This document shows, in pieces, positions 39,774-48,392 of a stretch of 64,000 bases of DNA. The stretch spans positions 69,118 through 133,117 of the forward strand of contig NZ_JAWOIS010000030.1 of NCBI RefSeq assembly GCF_046484525.1, given 5' to 3'. The translations under genes and the position numbers were made by a program. Source of the DNA: Marinobacter sp. (GTDB lineage: Bacteria > Pseudomonadota > Gammaproteobacteria > Pseudomonadales > Oleiphilaceae). The number at the start of each line of letters is the position of its first letter. The stretch's first letter is position 1. A model generated the notes under the pieces. It ran no database searches. It saw only the letters and a list, made by a program, of their open reading frames with translations, and was not told the origin of the DNA.

Positions 39774-40736
39774 TCAGTCCTTTACCCGTTTCTGTCTCTG
39801 TTCCCGGGGTGTCAGCCCGAAGCCCTTGGTGTAGCAACGGGTAAAATAGGAAGTGGAGTTAAAGCCACAGGCCGTCGCTATCTGGGTGATGCTCATGGTG
39901 GATTGGAGCAGCAGGTGCTTTGCCCGCTCCAGGCGAAGGTCCATGTAGAAGGCGTTGGGCGTCGTTCGAAGCTGGGCCCTGAACAGCCGTTCCATCTGGC
40001 GGGTCGAAAGGCCGACCTTCTCTCCGATCTCCGTGAGGTTCAGGATCTCTTCAGTGTGGTTCTGCATCAGCTGGATAACCTTGAGCAGGCGGGGATGATT
40101 GGTGTTATGCCGGAACTGCAGTTCCATCCGCTGCTTTTCATTGGCCGGTCGGATCTGGGGATGGATGAACTGCTCCGCGCACCCCATGGCCAGATCCGCC
40201 CCGTGCTCCAGGGCGATCTTGTGGCACATCATATCGAGACTGGCCAGACCGCCTGAACAGGTCATGATATTACCGTCTATCTCATACAGCTCCCCGGTCA
40301 TGTTGAGTTCGGGGAACTCCTCCTCGAAGCTTTCCTTGTTTTCCCAATGGATGGTGCACCGTTGATTCGACAGTAGCCGGGCTCTGGCCAACAGAAGGGA
40401 GGCGGTAGAGGTTGCGCCCAGAGCTACGCCCCGACGTGAGAGTTGCCGCAGCCATTCAAACAGCTTCTTGTCCCGGATCAGCGTGGTCCCGATGCCCGCC
40501 ACCACGATCATCAGATCAATGTCGCTGGTTTCATCAAACGACCGGTCCGGGCTGATCGGCAGCCCGTTACTGGCAGCCACTGGCTGGTTGTCCTGGGAAA
40601 AGATATGCCATTCATACAGCGGCTGCTCGCTCAGGCGATTGGCCGCGCGCATGGGTTCCAGTGCCGCGACGAACGAAAGCATGGAGAACTGGGGGATGGC
40701 AAGAAAGCCGATTTTCTGGGTTTCCGGTTCTGTCAT
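39774..40736 (-). CDS. GlxA-family transcriptional regulator (DJ-1/PfpI-like N-domain plus AraC HTH)
   Basis: 320 aa. The N-terminal amidotransferase-like fold shows IGFLAIPQFSMLSF. The C-terminal AraC HTH reads ITQIATACGFNSTSYFTRCYTKGFGLTPRE. Confidence 0.88.
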   Translation of the reverse strand: MTEPETQKIGFLAIPQFSMLSFVAALEPMRAANRLSEQPLYEWHIFSQDNQPVAASNGLPISPDRSFDETSDIDLMIVVAGIGTTLIRDKKLFEWLRQLSRRGVALGATSTASLLLARARLLSNQRCTIHWENKESFEEEFPELNMTGELYEIDGNIMTCSGGLASLDMMCHKIALEHGADLAMGCAEQFIHPQIRPANEKQRMELQFRHNTNHPRLLKVIQLMQNHTEEILNLTEIGEKVGLSTRQMERLFRAQLRTTPNAFYMDLRLERAKHLLLQSTMSITQIATACGFNSTSYFTRCYTKGFGLTPREQRQKRVKD

Positions 40737-40864
40737 GGGGCCGCCCGAACGAAATGTCGCTTTTTTTGTGCATGATGGCGTTTTATTAAATTTTTGTCGA
40801 TGCGGATTTTCTGATGATGGGAGCCGTATTCGTAAACAACAACGCCCATTGGCAGGAACCCGAA

Positions 40865-41758
40865 ATGATCGAACAAAAAGTGAAATTCCAGAGTGACAAG
40901 CTCACCCTCGACGGCGCCTTCTTCAAGAATGAGGAGCATGACGATCCTCGTCTGCCGATCGTAATCGTTTGCTCCGGCTTCACCGGACAGAAGAACATCC
41001 ACCCCGAGCGTTATGCCCGGTTCCTGACTCAAAAGGGCTTTACCGTATTCGGCTTCGACTACCGAGGCTTTGGCGAGTCCGAGGGTGAGCGTGAGCATGT
41101 TCTCATCGAGGAGCAGGTTCGTGATATCGCCAATGCGGTGGCTGTGGTTGCCGAGCGCGCCAAGGAAGAAAAGCGTAAAGTTGTGCTGGCAGGCTGGGGC
41201 ATGGGCGGTGGCCTGGTACTGGACGCTTTCCGCGTCTGTGAGGACCAGGTTGACGGTCTGATCGCCATGAACGGTTTCTATGATGCCGTGCGTGTGCAGA
41301 AAGCCCTGCGCGGTGAGCATGGCTGGAAGCAGTTTCGCGCCTTTATGGCTACCGAGCGCCTGCGTCTGGCCAAAGGCGGCGAATCCAAGGGAATCGACCC
41401 GTTCGAGATTTATCCGCTGGATCCGGTCAGCCGCGAATACGTGTACACCGAGCTGGTCAAGGCGCCAGGTTATGGTGTGACTTCCACTTTCGATTTCGCA
41501 GACTCTCTGATCAGCTTCTGCCCGGAAGCGCATCTGGATGACCGCTTCGCGCAGATTCCGTTGCTGATCGCCCATGGTGCCGAGAATGACCTGCACCCGG
41601 TTACCGAAGCTCGCTCTCTGTACGCCTGTTACCCGGGCCCGAAGGAGCTGTTCCTGCTCGAGGGCGGTGGCCACACTGAGTGGATGCTGGATGATAATCC
41701 CAAATTCCAGACCTTTGCAGGCAAGATCGCCGATTGGATCACCTCGACTTTCCGATAG
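40865..41758 (+). CDS. Alpha/beta-hydrolase-fold protein with Gly in the nucleophile position
   Basis: The alpha/beta pattern is PIVIVCSGFTG..GFDYRGFGESEG..KVVLAGWGMGGG..LLIAHGAENDL..GGGHTEW. The nucleophile elbow is G-W-G-M-G (codons tgg ggc atg ggc). An alternative start lies at 40814. Confidence 0.8.
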   Translation: MIEQKVKFQSDKLTLDGAFFKNEEHDDPRLPIVIVCSGFTGQKNIHPERYARFLTQKGFTVFGFDYRGFGESEGEREHVLIEEQVRDIANAVAVVAERAKEEKRKVVLAGWGMGGGLVLDAFRVCEDQVDGLIAMNGFYDAVRVQKALRGEHGWKQFRAFMATERLRLAKGGESKGIDPFEIYPLDPVSREYVYTELVKAPGYGVTSTFDFADSLISFCPEAHLDDRFAQIPLLIAHGAENDLHPVTEARSLYACYPGPKELFLLEGGGHTEWMLDDNPKFQTFAGKIADWITSTFR

Positions 41759-41808
41759 TTTCCGTGCGGCGGCTTCTGGCCGCCGTTTTCCCCTTTGAGT
41801 GACCGACT

Positions 41809-42696
41809 ATGAGTTCCGAGATTCCCTTCTGTGAGGCGGCCCGCACGGTGTTGCGCCGGCCGGAAGTGGCGGTTCCGGCCAAGAGCTGTGATACCCATGC
41901 TCATGTCTTCGGCCGTCATGAGGACTACCCCTTTACCGCCAACCGCACCTATACGCCGCCAGAGGCGTCCCTGGAGCAGTATCTTGAGCTGCACCGGATG
42001 CTGGGTATCGAGCGTGGCGTTCTGGTTCAACCCAGTGTCTATGGCACGGATAATCGTCTGCATCTTCATGCCCTGCGGCAATTGCGGGAGAGGGGATATG
42101 ACTACCGCGGAGTGTGCGTTGTTGCCCCGGATGTCACCGCGGCTGAACTCCAGGAACTTCATGAGGCCGGATTCCGGGGAGTGCGGATGAACCTGTTGTT
42201 CCGGGGCGGCCTCCTGTGGGCGGACGTTCTCGGACTGGCGGACCGGATCGCGGCTCTGGGCTGGCACCTCCAGTTCCTGGTCAATGTCTCGGACTGTGAT
42301 GACATCATGGACCGCGTTGCTGATCTGCCGGTTCCGGTGGTGTTCGATCACATGGGGCATATGCCCGCGACCCTGGGCACGGGCGAATCGGGATTCCGCA
42401 AGTTGCTCCAATTGCTTGCAGACAAAAAGGCCTGGGTGAAACTCTCCGGCAGCTATCGTGTCACCCTGCAGGGCGAGTACCCTTATCCGGACGTTGAAAA
42501 AATTGCACGGGCATTGGTGGCCGCCAATGCCGATCGATGTGTCTGGGGGTCGGACTGGCCTCATCCTCATTTTCCGGGGCTGATGCCGGATGATACGGAT
42601 CTGCTGGATGACCTGGCCCTTTGGGTGCCGGATGCAGAAATTCGGGAGCGGATTCTGGTATCGAATTCTTCCCGTTTGTATGGCTTTGATGATTGA
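41809..42696 (+). CDS. Amidohydrolase-2 family protein (LigI / lactonase-like)
   Basis: 295 aa with the N-terminal metal motif CDTHAHVFG and the C-terminal VWGSDWPHP. Confidence 0.8.
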   Translation: MSSEIPFCEAARTVLRRPEVAVPAKSCDTHAHVFGRHEDYPFTANRTYTPPEASLEQYLELHRMLGIERGVLVQPSVYGTDNRLHLHALRQLRERGYDYRGVCVVAPDVTAAELQELHEAGFRGVRMNLLFRGGLLWADVLGLADRIAALGWHLQFLVNVSDCDDIMDRVADLPVPVVFDHMGHMPATLGTGESGFRKLLQLLADKKAWVKLSGSYRVTLQGEYPYPDVEKIARALVAANADRCVWGSDWPHPHFPGLMPDDTDLLDDLALWVPDAEIRERILVSNSSRLYGFDD

Positions 42697-42718
42697 GGTG
42701 TTGATGAAGATGTTTTTC

Positions 42719-42742
42719 GGGCGGCCATGGCCGCCCTTTTTT
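42719..42742 (+). terminator. Rho-independent terminator after the amidohydrolase gene
   Basis: The palindrome gggcggccatggccgccc is followed by a T6 run. Confidence 0.8.
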
Positions 42743-42753
42743 ATGCCTTGATC

Positions 42754-43590
42754 TCAGTAATGATCATCAAGCAGACGTCGGATCAAGCGAGTGTTGGAGT
42801 CCCGCACTGTCGGCATCTCGAAGCGGGCGCGGTCGATGGATTCCTGGTTCAGTTCTGCCTGGATAATGCACTCTCGGTCGTCTGCAGCCGCCAGTATCTC
42901 GCCTTTCGGACCGAGGATACAGCTCCCGCCCCAGAACCAGAGATCTTTCTCGTGACCATAGCGATTGGCCATCACCACGGGCGTGCCGTAGATCATGGCG
43001 TAAAAGCTGACGTTGGTCTTCCAGTTGTCCTCGTTGGAGAAGTTCTCACTGACAACGCCGGAGGCAGAATTGATCGGTGCCAGCATCAGTTCGGGCTGCT
43101 TCAGGAAAGCGCAGTGGGTGAGGGCAGGGTTCCACAGGTCCGCACAGATCAGGCAGCTGGATTCCCAGTGCTCCCGGATTGCCACGTTGCCGATCTGGCT
43201 GCCGGAATGGAACCACTTGCCTTCTTCCAGACCGCCATAGGTGGGCAGGTTGATCTTGCGATGAACGTGGACCACCTCACCGTCCCGCAGGTACGCCATG
43301 GCGTTGTAGAGTTCGCCTGCCCGTGCCCGCTCCACAAAGCCGACCACAAGCGTGATGCCCTGTGCCTGCCCGGCGAGGCTTAGCAGGGCCGGATCGTCCC
43401 GGCGCATGGCAACGGTGGGTGCATCGCGTCCGACCTGGTAGCCAGTCAGAGATAGCTCGGGAAACAGCAGCAATTCCGCGCCACTCTGACGGGCCTGCTC
43501 AGCATATTTGCAGTGCCGTTCAAGGTTGGTTTCCACATCCAGTAACTGGCTGTTGATCTGTGCGACGGCCACATTGAGGTTGGTGATCAT
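42754..43590 (-). CDS. Carbon-nitrogen hydrolase (nitrilase superfamily)
   Basis: 278 aa. The catalytic E-K-C triad contexts are LLFPELSLTGY, HRKINLP and CLICADLW. Confidence 0.88.
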   Translation of the reverse strand: MITNLNVAVAQINSQLLDVETNLERHCKYAEQARQSGAELLLFPELSLTGYQVGRDAPTVAMRRDDPALLSLAGQAQGITLVVGFVERARAGELYNAMAYLRDGEVVHVHRKINLPTYGGLEEGKWFHSGSQIGNVAIREHWESSCLICADLWNPALTHCAFLKQPELMLAPINSASGVVSENFSNEDNWKTNVSFYAMIYGTPVVMANRYGHEKDLWFWGGSCILGPKGEILAAADDRECIIQAELNQESIDRARFEMPTVRDSNTRLIRRLLDDHY

Positions 43591-43621
43591 GTCGGCTTCT
43601 CGGTGATTGACAGACGGGTTT

Positions 43622-43665
43622 AAAACGGCAAACGCCCTGTGAACCGCTGGGGTACACAGGGCGTT
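43622..43665 (-). terminator. Terminator of the ABC-transporter operon (minus strand)
   Basis: An 11-bp stem pairs aacgccctgtg (43631-43641) with cacagggcgtt (43655-43665). On the minus strand it is followed by tgccgtttt. Confidence 0.6.
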
Positions 43666-43678
43666 GTCTGACTCGGGG

Positions 43679-44569
43679 TCAGATCAGGTCGTTTTGCTCG
43701 AGGAAGTTGCGGGCAACCTTCTCGATGTCCTCTTTGTCAACATCAATCTGGGCGTTCAGGCGAGACATCACTTCGTTATCCAGCAAGCCGGAAAGCTTGT
43801 TGAGCTGATCGTCCAGTTCCGGGTTCTGGTCCAGGATTTCCTGACGTACCACCGGAGTGATCGCATAGTCCGGGAAGAAGTTCTGATCGTCTTCCAGCAG
43901 CACGAAATCAAACGCCGGGATACGTCCGTCAGTGGCGAAGACCAGAGCCAGGTCCACTTCACCTTCTTTCAGCGCGGTATAGGTCAGGCCGGAGTCCATA
44001 CGCTTGATCTGGTCGCGTGGCAGCTTGAAGTCATAGGCCTTGGAAAACGGACGGAAGCCGTCTTCACGGGCATACCACTCAGCATTGCTGGCCAGCACAA
44101 GTTCCTTGCCATCGTTGATGGCGGCTGCCATGTCACTCAGGGTTTTGATGCCCATTGCGTTGGCTTCTTCGGCCTGCATTGCCAGGGCGTAAGTGTTGTT
44201 GGCATTAGACGGATTCAGCCAGACTAGTCCTTTCTCCATATCCAGCTCGCGCACTTTTTCATAACCTTCCTGGCGACCGAGCTTTTCCTTGACGTCGTTG
44301 TAAACAATCAGGCCGGTGCCGGTGTACTCCCAGTACACATCCACCTGGCCATTTTCCTGGGCGGAGCGCAGAACAGCACTGCCCATGCCGGCCCGGGTAT
44401 CTACGTCGTAGCCCTTGGCGCGAAGGTACTGGGCTGTCATGGAAGTCAGCAGCTGCTGTTCGGTGAAGTTCTTGCCACCCACGACAATGGTTTCGGCGGC
44501 GGCAACACCACCGAAGGTCATGGTTATGGCGAGGGTCGCGACGGATACCAGTTTTTTGACGATTTTCAT
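43679..44569 (-). CDS. Osmoprotectant (glycine betaine/choline/carnitine type) ABC transporter substrate-binding protein (OpuC/OsmF family)
   Basis: 296 aa. The signal peptide is MKIVKKLVSVATLAITMTFGGVAAA. The pattern VVGGKNFTEQQLL..WEYTGT is typical of the OpuAC-domain family. Confidence 0.85.
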   Translation of the reverse strand: MKIVKKLVSVATLAITMTFGGVAAAETIVVGGKNFTEQQLLTSMTAQYLRAKGYDVDTRAGMGSAVLRSAQENGQVDVYWEYTGTGLIVYNDVKEKLGRQEGYEKVRELDMEKGLVWLNPSNANNTYALAMQAEEANAMGIKTLSDMAAAINDGKELVLASNAEWYAREDGFRPFSKAYDFKLPRDQIKRMDSGLTYTALKEGEVDLALVFATDGRIPAFDFVLLEDDQNFFPDYAITPVVRQEILDQNPELDDQLNKLSGLLDNEVMSRLNAQIDVDKEDIEKVARNFLEQNDLI

Positions 44570-44655
44570 GTTTCAGTGCTCCAGGTGACTTCTTGTTTTG
44601 TGGCCATTCTGTTCGGAGTGGCCGGTTTTCACAGCCCGGGTCGCCCTGTGCGACC

Positions 44656-45387
44656 TCAGGCACGGGATGGATTGACGCCCCGGGGAACCATCAGGAACGC
44701 GCAGGCGGCTACCAGGATGTCCACGGTGATGGCCAGAAGGGCGGTCATGAGGGCCCCGGCCAGCATCATTTCGGTGTCGAACAGGTCGATGCCGGTGAAG
44801 ATCAGTTCGCCCAGGCCGCCACCGCCGATCAGGAAAGCCAGTGGTACGGTGCCGACGTTAATGGCCAGCGCAGTGCGGATGCCCGCGAAAATAACGTAGG
44901 CGGCGTTCGGGATTTCGACGCGCAGCAACATCTGTCCCGGAGACATTCCGATGCCCGAGGCCGACTCCTTGAAGTGCGCAGGAACCCCCAGTAACCCAGC
45001 GTAAGTGTTGCGCACGATCGGCAGCAGGGAGGCAATAAACAGGCCGAATACCGAAGGAATGAAACCGATGCCCAGGAGGCTCATGGACAGCGCCAGGATC
45101 GCCAGGGTCGGGATCGTGGTGCCTACGTTCAGCCCCTGCATGGCCCATTCGGAAACTTTGATGAAGCGGGGCCTGCTCAGGATGACACCAAGGGGGACGC
45201 CCACCGCGATCGCGAGAGTGCCCGAGATGGCTGTCAGCTGGATGTGCTGTTTGGTCAGGTAGACAATGTCTTCCCAGTAGAACAGCATGCCATCAATCAG
45301 GCCCGAGCGCTGGAGGTAGACCCCCAGCAGGAGGACGACAACCAGTGCCGGCAACTGGAAGAAACGGGACTGTTTGAGCTTTTTCAT
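44656..45387 (-). CDS. Osmoprotectant ABC transporter permease
   Basis: 243 aa, multi-pass hydrophobic, with an EAA-like loop ESASGIGMSPGQMLLRVEIP. It shares an ATGA overlap with the ATPase gene. Confidence 0.85.
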   Translation of the reverse strand: MKKLKQSRFFQLPALVVVLLLGVYLQRSGLIDGMLFYWEDIVYLTKQHIQLTAISGTLAIAVGVPLGVILSRPRFIKVSEWAMQGLNVGTTIPTLAILALSMSLLGIGFIPSVFGLFIASLLPIVRNTYAGLLGVPAHFKESASGIGMSPGQMLLRVEIPNAAYVIFAGIRTALAINVGTVPLAFLIGGGGLGELIFTGIDLFDTEMMLAGALMTALLAITVDILVAACAFLMVPRGVNPSRA

Positions 45388-46547
45388 GTGGCCACCCTGA
45401 TGCGCCGCACATTCTGGTCATCGCTGCGGGATGACTTGTAGGTCGCGCCCAGATAATGGGTAATGCCGCGCTGGGTCACCACGCCCATCAGCTTGCCCTC
45501 TTCGGAAACGCAGGGCAGCCAGGTGGCGTCGTGGGTAAACATCTTCGAGGCGACGGTACGGAGGTCATCCTCGAGACGGACCACGGTACGCAGGTTGTAG
45601 CTGTGCTGGCCGCACTTGCCTTTGGTAGTGGTGGCCACGCTGCGGGAGACATAGCCGACGGGCCGGTCATTACCGTCAACGACGATGATGGCTCTTTCGT
45701 AGCCGGCATCGTCCATACGTTGTAGAGCGGTGGACAGCGATTCCTCGGCGGTAACAACGCTGGATTCGGTTTCCAGCACCTCGGAAACCGTGACCAGTTG
45801 GAGCCGTTTCAGCGCCCGATCCCGCCCGACAAAGCCCTTGACGAAATCATTGGCCGGATGGGAAAGCAGATCATCCGGAGTGTCGTACTGGATCAGCTTA
45901 CCGTCCTTGAAAATGGCAATGCGGTCCGCCATCTTCACCGCCTCGTCGATGTCGTGACTGACGAACATGATGGTTTTCTTCAGCTCCCGGTGCAGTTTCA
46001 GGAACTCGTCCTGGATTACTTCCCGGTTGATAGGATCGATCGCACCGAAGGGCTCATCCATCAGCATGACGGGGGGATCCGCAGCCAGTGCCCGGATGAC
46101 TCCGACCCGTTGCTGCTGGCCGCCGGACAGCTCGTTCGGATACCGCTTGAGGAAAATGGCGGGGTCCAGGGCGACCATTTCCAGCAGTTCCGACGCACGC
46201 TTGAGGTAGCGGCCTTTTTCCCAGCCGATCAGCTTCGGTACGATCGAAATGTTTTCCTCGATGGTCATGTTCGGGAACAGACCAATCTGCTGGATCACGT
46301 AGCCGATGTTACGGCGCAGGGAGACAGTGTCCTGATCGGTGGTGTCCTGGCCATTGATCAGTACGCGGCCGGAGGTCGGGTTGATGATCCGGTTCACCAT
46401 TTTCAGAGTGGTCGTCTTGCCACAACCGGAAGGTCCCAGCAGAACGCAGATTTCACCCTGCGGCACCTCCATGTTGATATGGTCGGCGGCTGTCACTACA
46501 CCGCGGTCGGTATCAAAAATCTTGGTCAGGTTGTCGAGTGTAATCAT
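45384..46547 (-). CDS. Osmoprotectant ABC transporter ATP-binding protein with C-terminal tandem CBS domains
   Basis: 387 aa with Walker A GPSGCGKTT, the signature LSGGQQQRVGV and Walker B LMDEPFGAIDP. A CBS-like C-terminal half follows. Confidence 0.9.
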   Translation of the reverse strand: MITLDNLTKIFDTDRGVVTAADHINMEVPQGEICVLLGPSGCGKTTTLKMVNRIINPTSGRVLINGQDTTDQDTVSLRRNIGYVIQQIGLFPNMTIEENISIVPKLIGWEKGRYLKRASELLEMVALDPAIFLKRYPNELSGGQQQRVGVIRALAADPPVMLMDEPFGAIDPINREVIQDEFLKLHRELKKTIMFVSHDIDEAVKMADRIAIFKDGKLIQYDTPDDLLSHPANDFVKGFVGRDRALKRLQLVTVSEVLETESSVVTAEESLSTALQRMDDAGYERAIIVVDGNDRPVGYVSRSVATTTKGKCGQHSYNLRTVVRLEDDLRTVASKMFTHDATWLPCVSEEGKLMGVVTQRGITHYLGATYKSSRSDDQNVRRIRVAT

Positions 46548-46580
46548 GTTCCGTGTCCCGGTTGTTGTTATCTCGAGGAA

Positions 46581-47225
46581 TCAGAGGCCCCTTGGGGTCA
46601 GTTTGCGTTGCAACGACAGCAGGGAGCGGTCGGCGACGATGGCCAGCAGGCTGACCGCAATCGCTCCCACCACCAGTTGTCGGGGATCACTCTGGGAAAT
46701 CCCGCGACTGATCAGCACGCCCAGCCCACCGGCGCCGATATAGGCGGCAATCGCCATGACACCGATGTTCATGACTACAGCCGTGCGCACCCCCGCCATG
46801 ATGACTGGCACGGACAGTGGAATTTCAACTTTCCGGAGGCGCTGGGCGCTGGTCATGCCGATGCCCCTGGCGGCTTCGCGCAGACCGGGGCTGACGTTGT
46901 TAATGGCGGTGTAGGTATTTCGGATAATCGGTAGCTGGGAGTACAGCAGCACTGCAATAACCGCGGGCAGGTAGCCGATGCCATGACCAATCGTCGAAAG
47001 GATCGGGATCATGATTCCGAACAACGCGATGGATGGGATGGTGATCAGGACTGAGGCCACATACAGCACTACTGTGGCAATACGCTCGTTCTGAGTGATC
47101 GCAATGCCAATGGGGACACCTGTCAGTGTTGCCAGGCCCACGGCAACCACTACCAACCCAATGTGCTCCAGTGTGAGCTTTCCGAGCAGATTCAGGTTGG
47201 TCATTATGAAATCAAGGATTTCCAC
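46581..47225 (-). CDS. Osmoprotectant ABC transporter permease
   Basis: 214 aa, hydrophobic, with an EAA-like loop EAARGIGMTSAQRLRKVEIP. Confidence 0.85.
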   Translation of the reverse strand: MEILDFIMTNLNLLGKLTLEHIGLVVVAVGLATLTGVPIGIAITQNERIATVVLYVASVLITIPSIALFGIMIPILSTIGHGIGYLPAVIAVLLYSQLPIIRNTYTAINNVSPGLREAARGIGMTSAQRLRKVEIPLSVPVIMAGVRTAVVMNIGVMAIAAYIGAGGLGVLISRGISQSDPRQLVVGAIAVSLLAIVADRSLLSLQRKLTPRGL

Positions 47226-47359
47226 AGCGGAGCCCTCTTTTTGTGAGTTGTAATCGGCAGAAGTCCACGTTCAGAACACGTTAAACCAGGCAGGGGGCTT
47301 GGACTTTAACGAAAGCGTCGTCAAAGCGAACAATAACGACAGTGCGCGGGCTGGCCGGA

Positions 47360-48253
47360 TCACTCGATCTGGCGCAGCTGCTCCCGGAACCACACCAGCG
47401 CCGGTTCCTTCTCGTAGGCCTTGTGCCAATACAGGTGTACATCAAGAGAGGGTAGATCAGTGGGCGGATCCATGAGTGTCAGAGCAGAGTTTTCCGCAAT
47501 AATCCGGGCATAGGTCTCCGGCATGGTGAGCAACAGATCGGTACCTTCGACCACCCGGCAGGCCGCGAAATAGTGTTGGCAGCGCAGGCGGATGTTTCGA
47601 CGTACCCCCAGCCGTGAAAGTTCAAAATCCTCAATGCCCGGTCCCTCGGTACGGGATGAGACCAGCACATGCTGTGCTGAGAGATAGCCCTCCATGTCCA
47701 GACTGGTGCCGGCCAGAGGGTGGTCCTTGCGGGCGAGAACCACCAGCCGGTCCCTGCGCAACAGTTCATGGCCGGTCTGGCTGCTCACCGGCAAGAGCAC
47801 ATCCACGGCAAAATCCAGTTTGCCCGCTGCCAATTGCGTTTCCATCTCGCGCCGGGCAATGCGTCGGGACACGATTTCCAGCTCCGGGTAGGCGTCCAGC
47901 CGCTTCATCAGTTGCGGGAGAAACGTGGATTCGAGCACGTCCCTCAATCCGAGCGAATAGGTCTTGCGCTGGTTGGCCGGATCAAACGCGTGGAACTGGT
48001 TCACCGCACTCTGAATCTGCGTCAGTCCCGGACGCATGGATTCCAGGAAGCGCCGGGCCAGGGGCGTGGGTATCATCTGGTTGCCCTGGCGGGTGAAAAG
48101 TGGATCGTCGAAGTGATCCCGCAACCTGGACAGGGAGTGACTTACGGCAGGCTGGGTAAGGTGAAGAGCCTTGGCGGCGCGGGTCAGACTGCCTTCCCGG
48201 TAGATGGTATCGAATACGTGCAGCAGGTTCAGGTCCAGACGAATGAGGGCCAT
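47360..48253 (-). CDS. LysR-family transcriptional regulator
   Basis: 297 aa with the N-terminal HTH LTRAAKALHLTQPAVSHSLSRLR. It is divergent from the acyl-CoA dehydrogenase cluster. Confidence 0.9.
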   Translation of the reverse strand: MALIRLDLNLLHVFDTIYREGSLTRAAKALHLTQPAVSHSLSRLRDHFDDPLFTRQGNQMIPTPLARRFLESMRPGLTQIQSAVNQFHAFDPANQRKTYSLGLRDVLESTFLPQLMKRLDAYPELEIVSRRIARREMETQLAAGKLDFAVDVLLPVSSQTGHELLRRDRLVVLARKDHPLAGTSLDMEGYLSAQHVLVSSRTEGPGIEDFELSRLGVRRNIRLRCQHYFAACRVVEGTDLLLTMPETYARIIAENSALTLMDPPTDLPSLDVHLYWHKAYEKEPALVWFREQLRQIE

Positions 48254-48262
48254 GTTATTGGT

Positions 48263-48283
48263 CCGTATTTAGAATAAGTACGG
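48263..48283. promoter_or_regulatory. Candidate LysR-type operator (CCGTA-N11-TACGG dyad containing T-N11-A)
   Basis: The sequence ccgta tttagaataag tacgg lies in the divergent spacer, 10 nt from the LysR start codon. Confidence 0.4.
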
Positions 48284-48392
48284 GTAATGGTAAACGATAA
48301 GAATAATTCAGTCGCCTAATACCTTGGTCCTGCCTAGACTGGTCCTGACAGCGCAAAGTGCGCCAGCTTTTCAGAGTCAGCGAGGATAGGCA

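Noticed and set aside
40733-42570. Two 313-aa ORFs (40733-41674 and 41629-42570) antisense to the alpha/beta-fold and amidohydrolase genes.
   Set aside because: The plus-strand products carry clear family motifs. The minus-strand products do not.
45798-46934. A 378-aa ORF antisense to the ABC ATPase and permease. A similar 387-aa ORF (50551-51714) lies antisense to the kinase gene.
   Set aside because: These are shadow frames opposite genes with Walker, signature or APH motifs.
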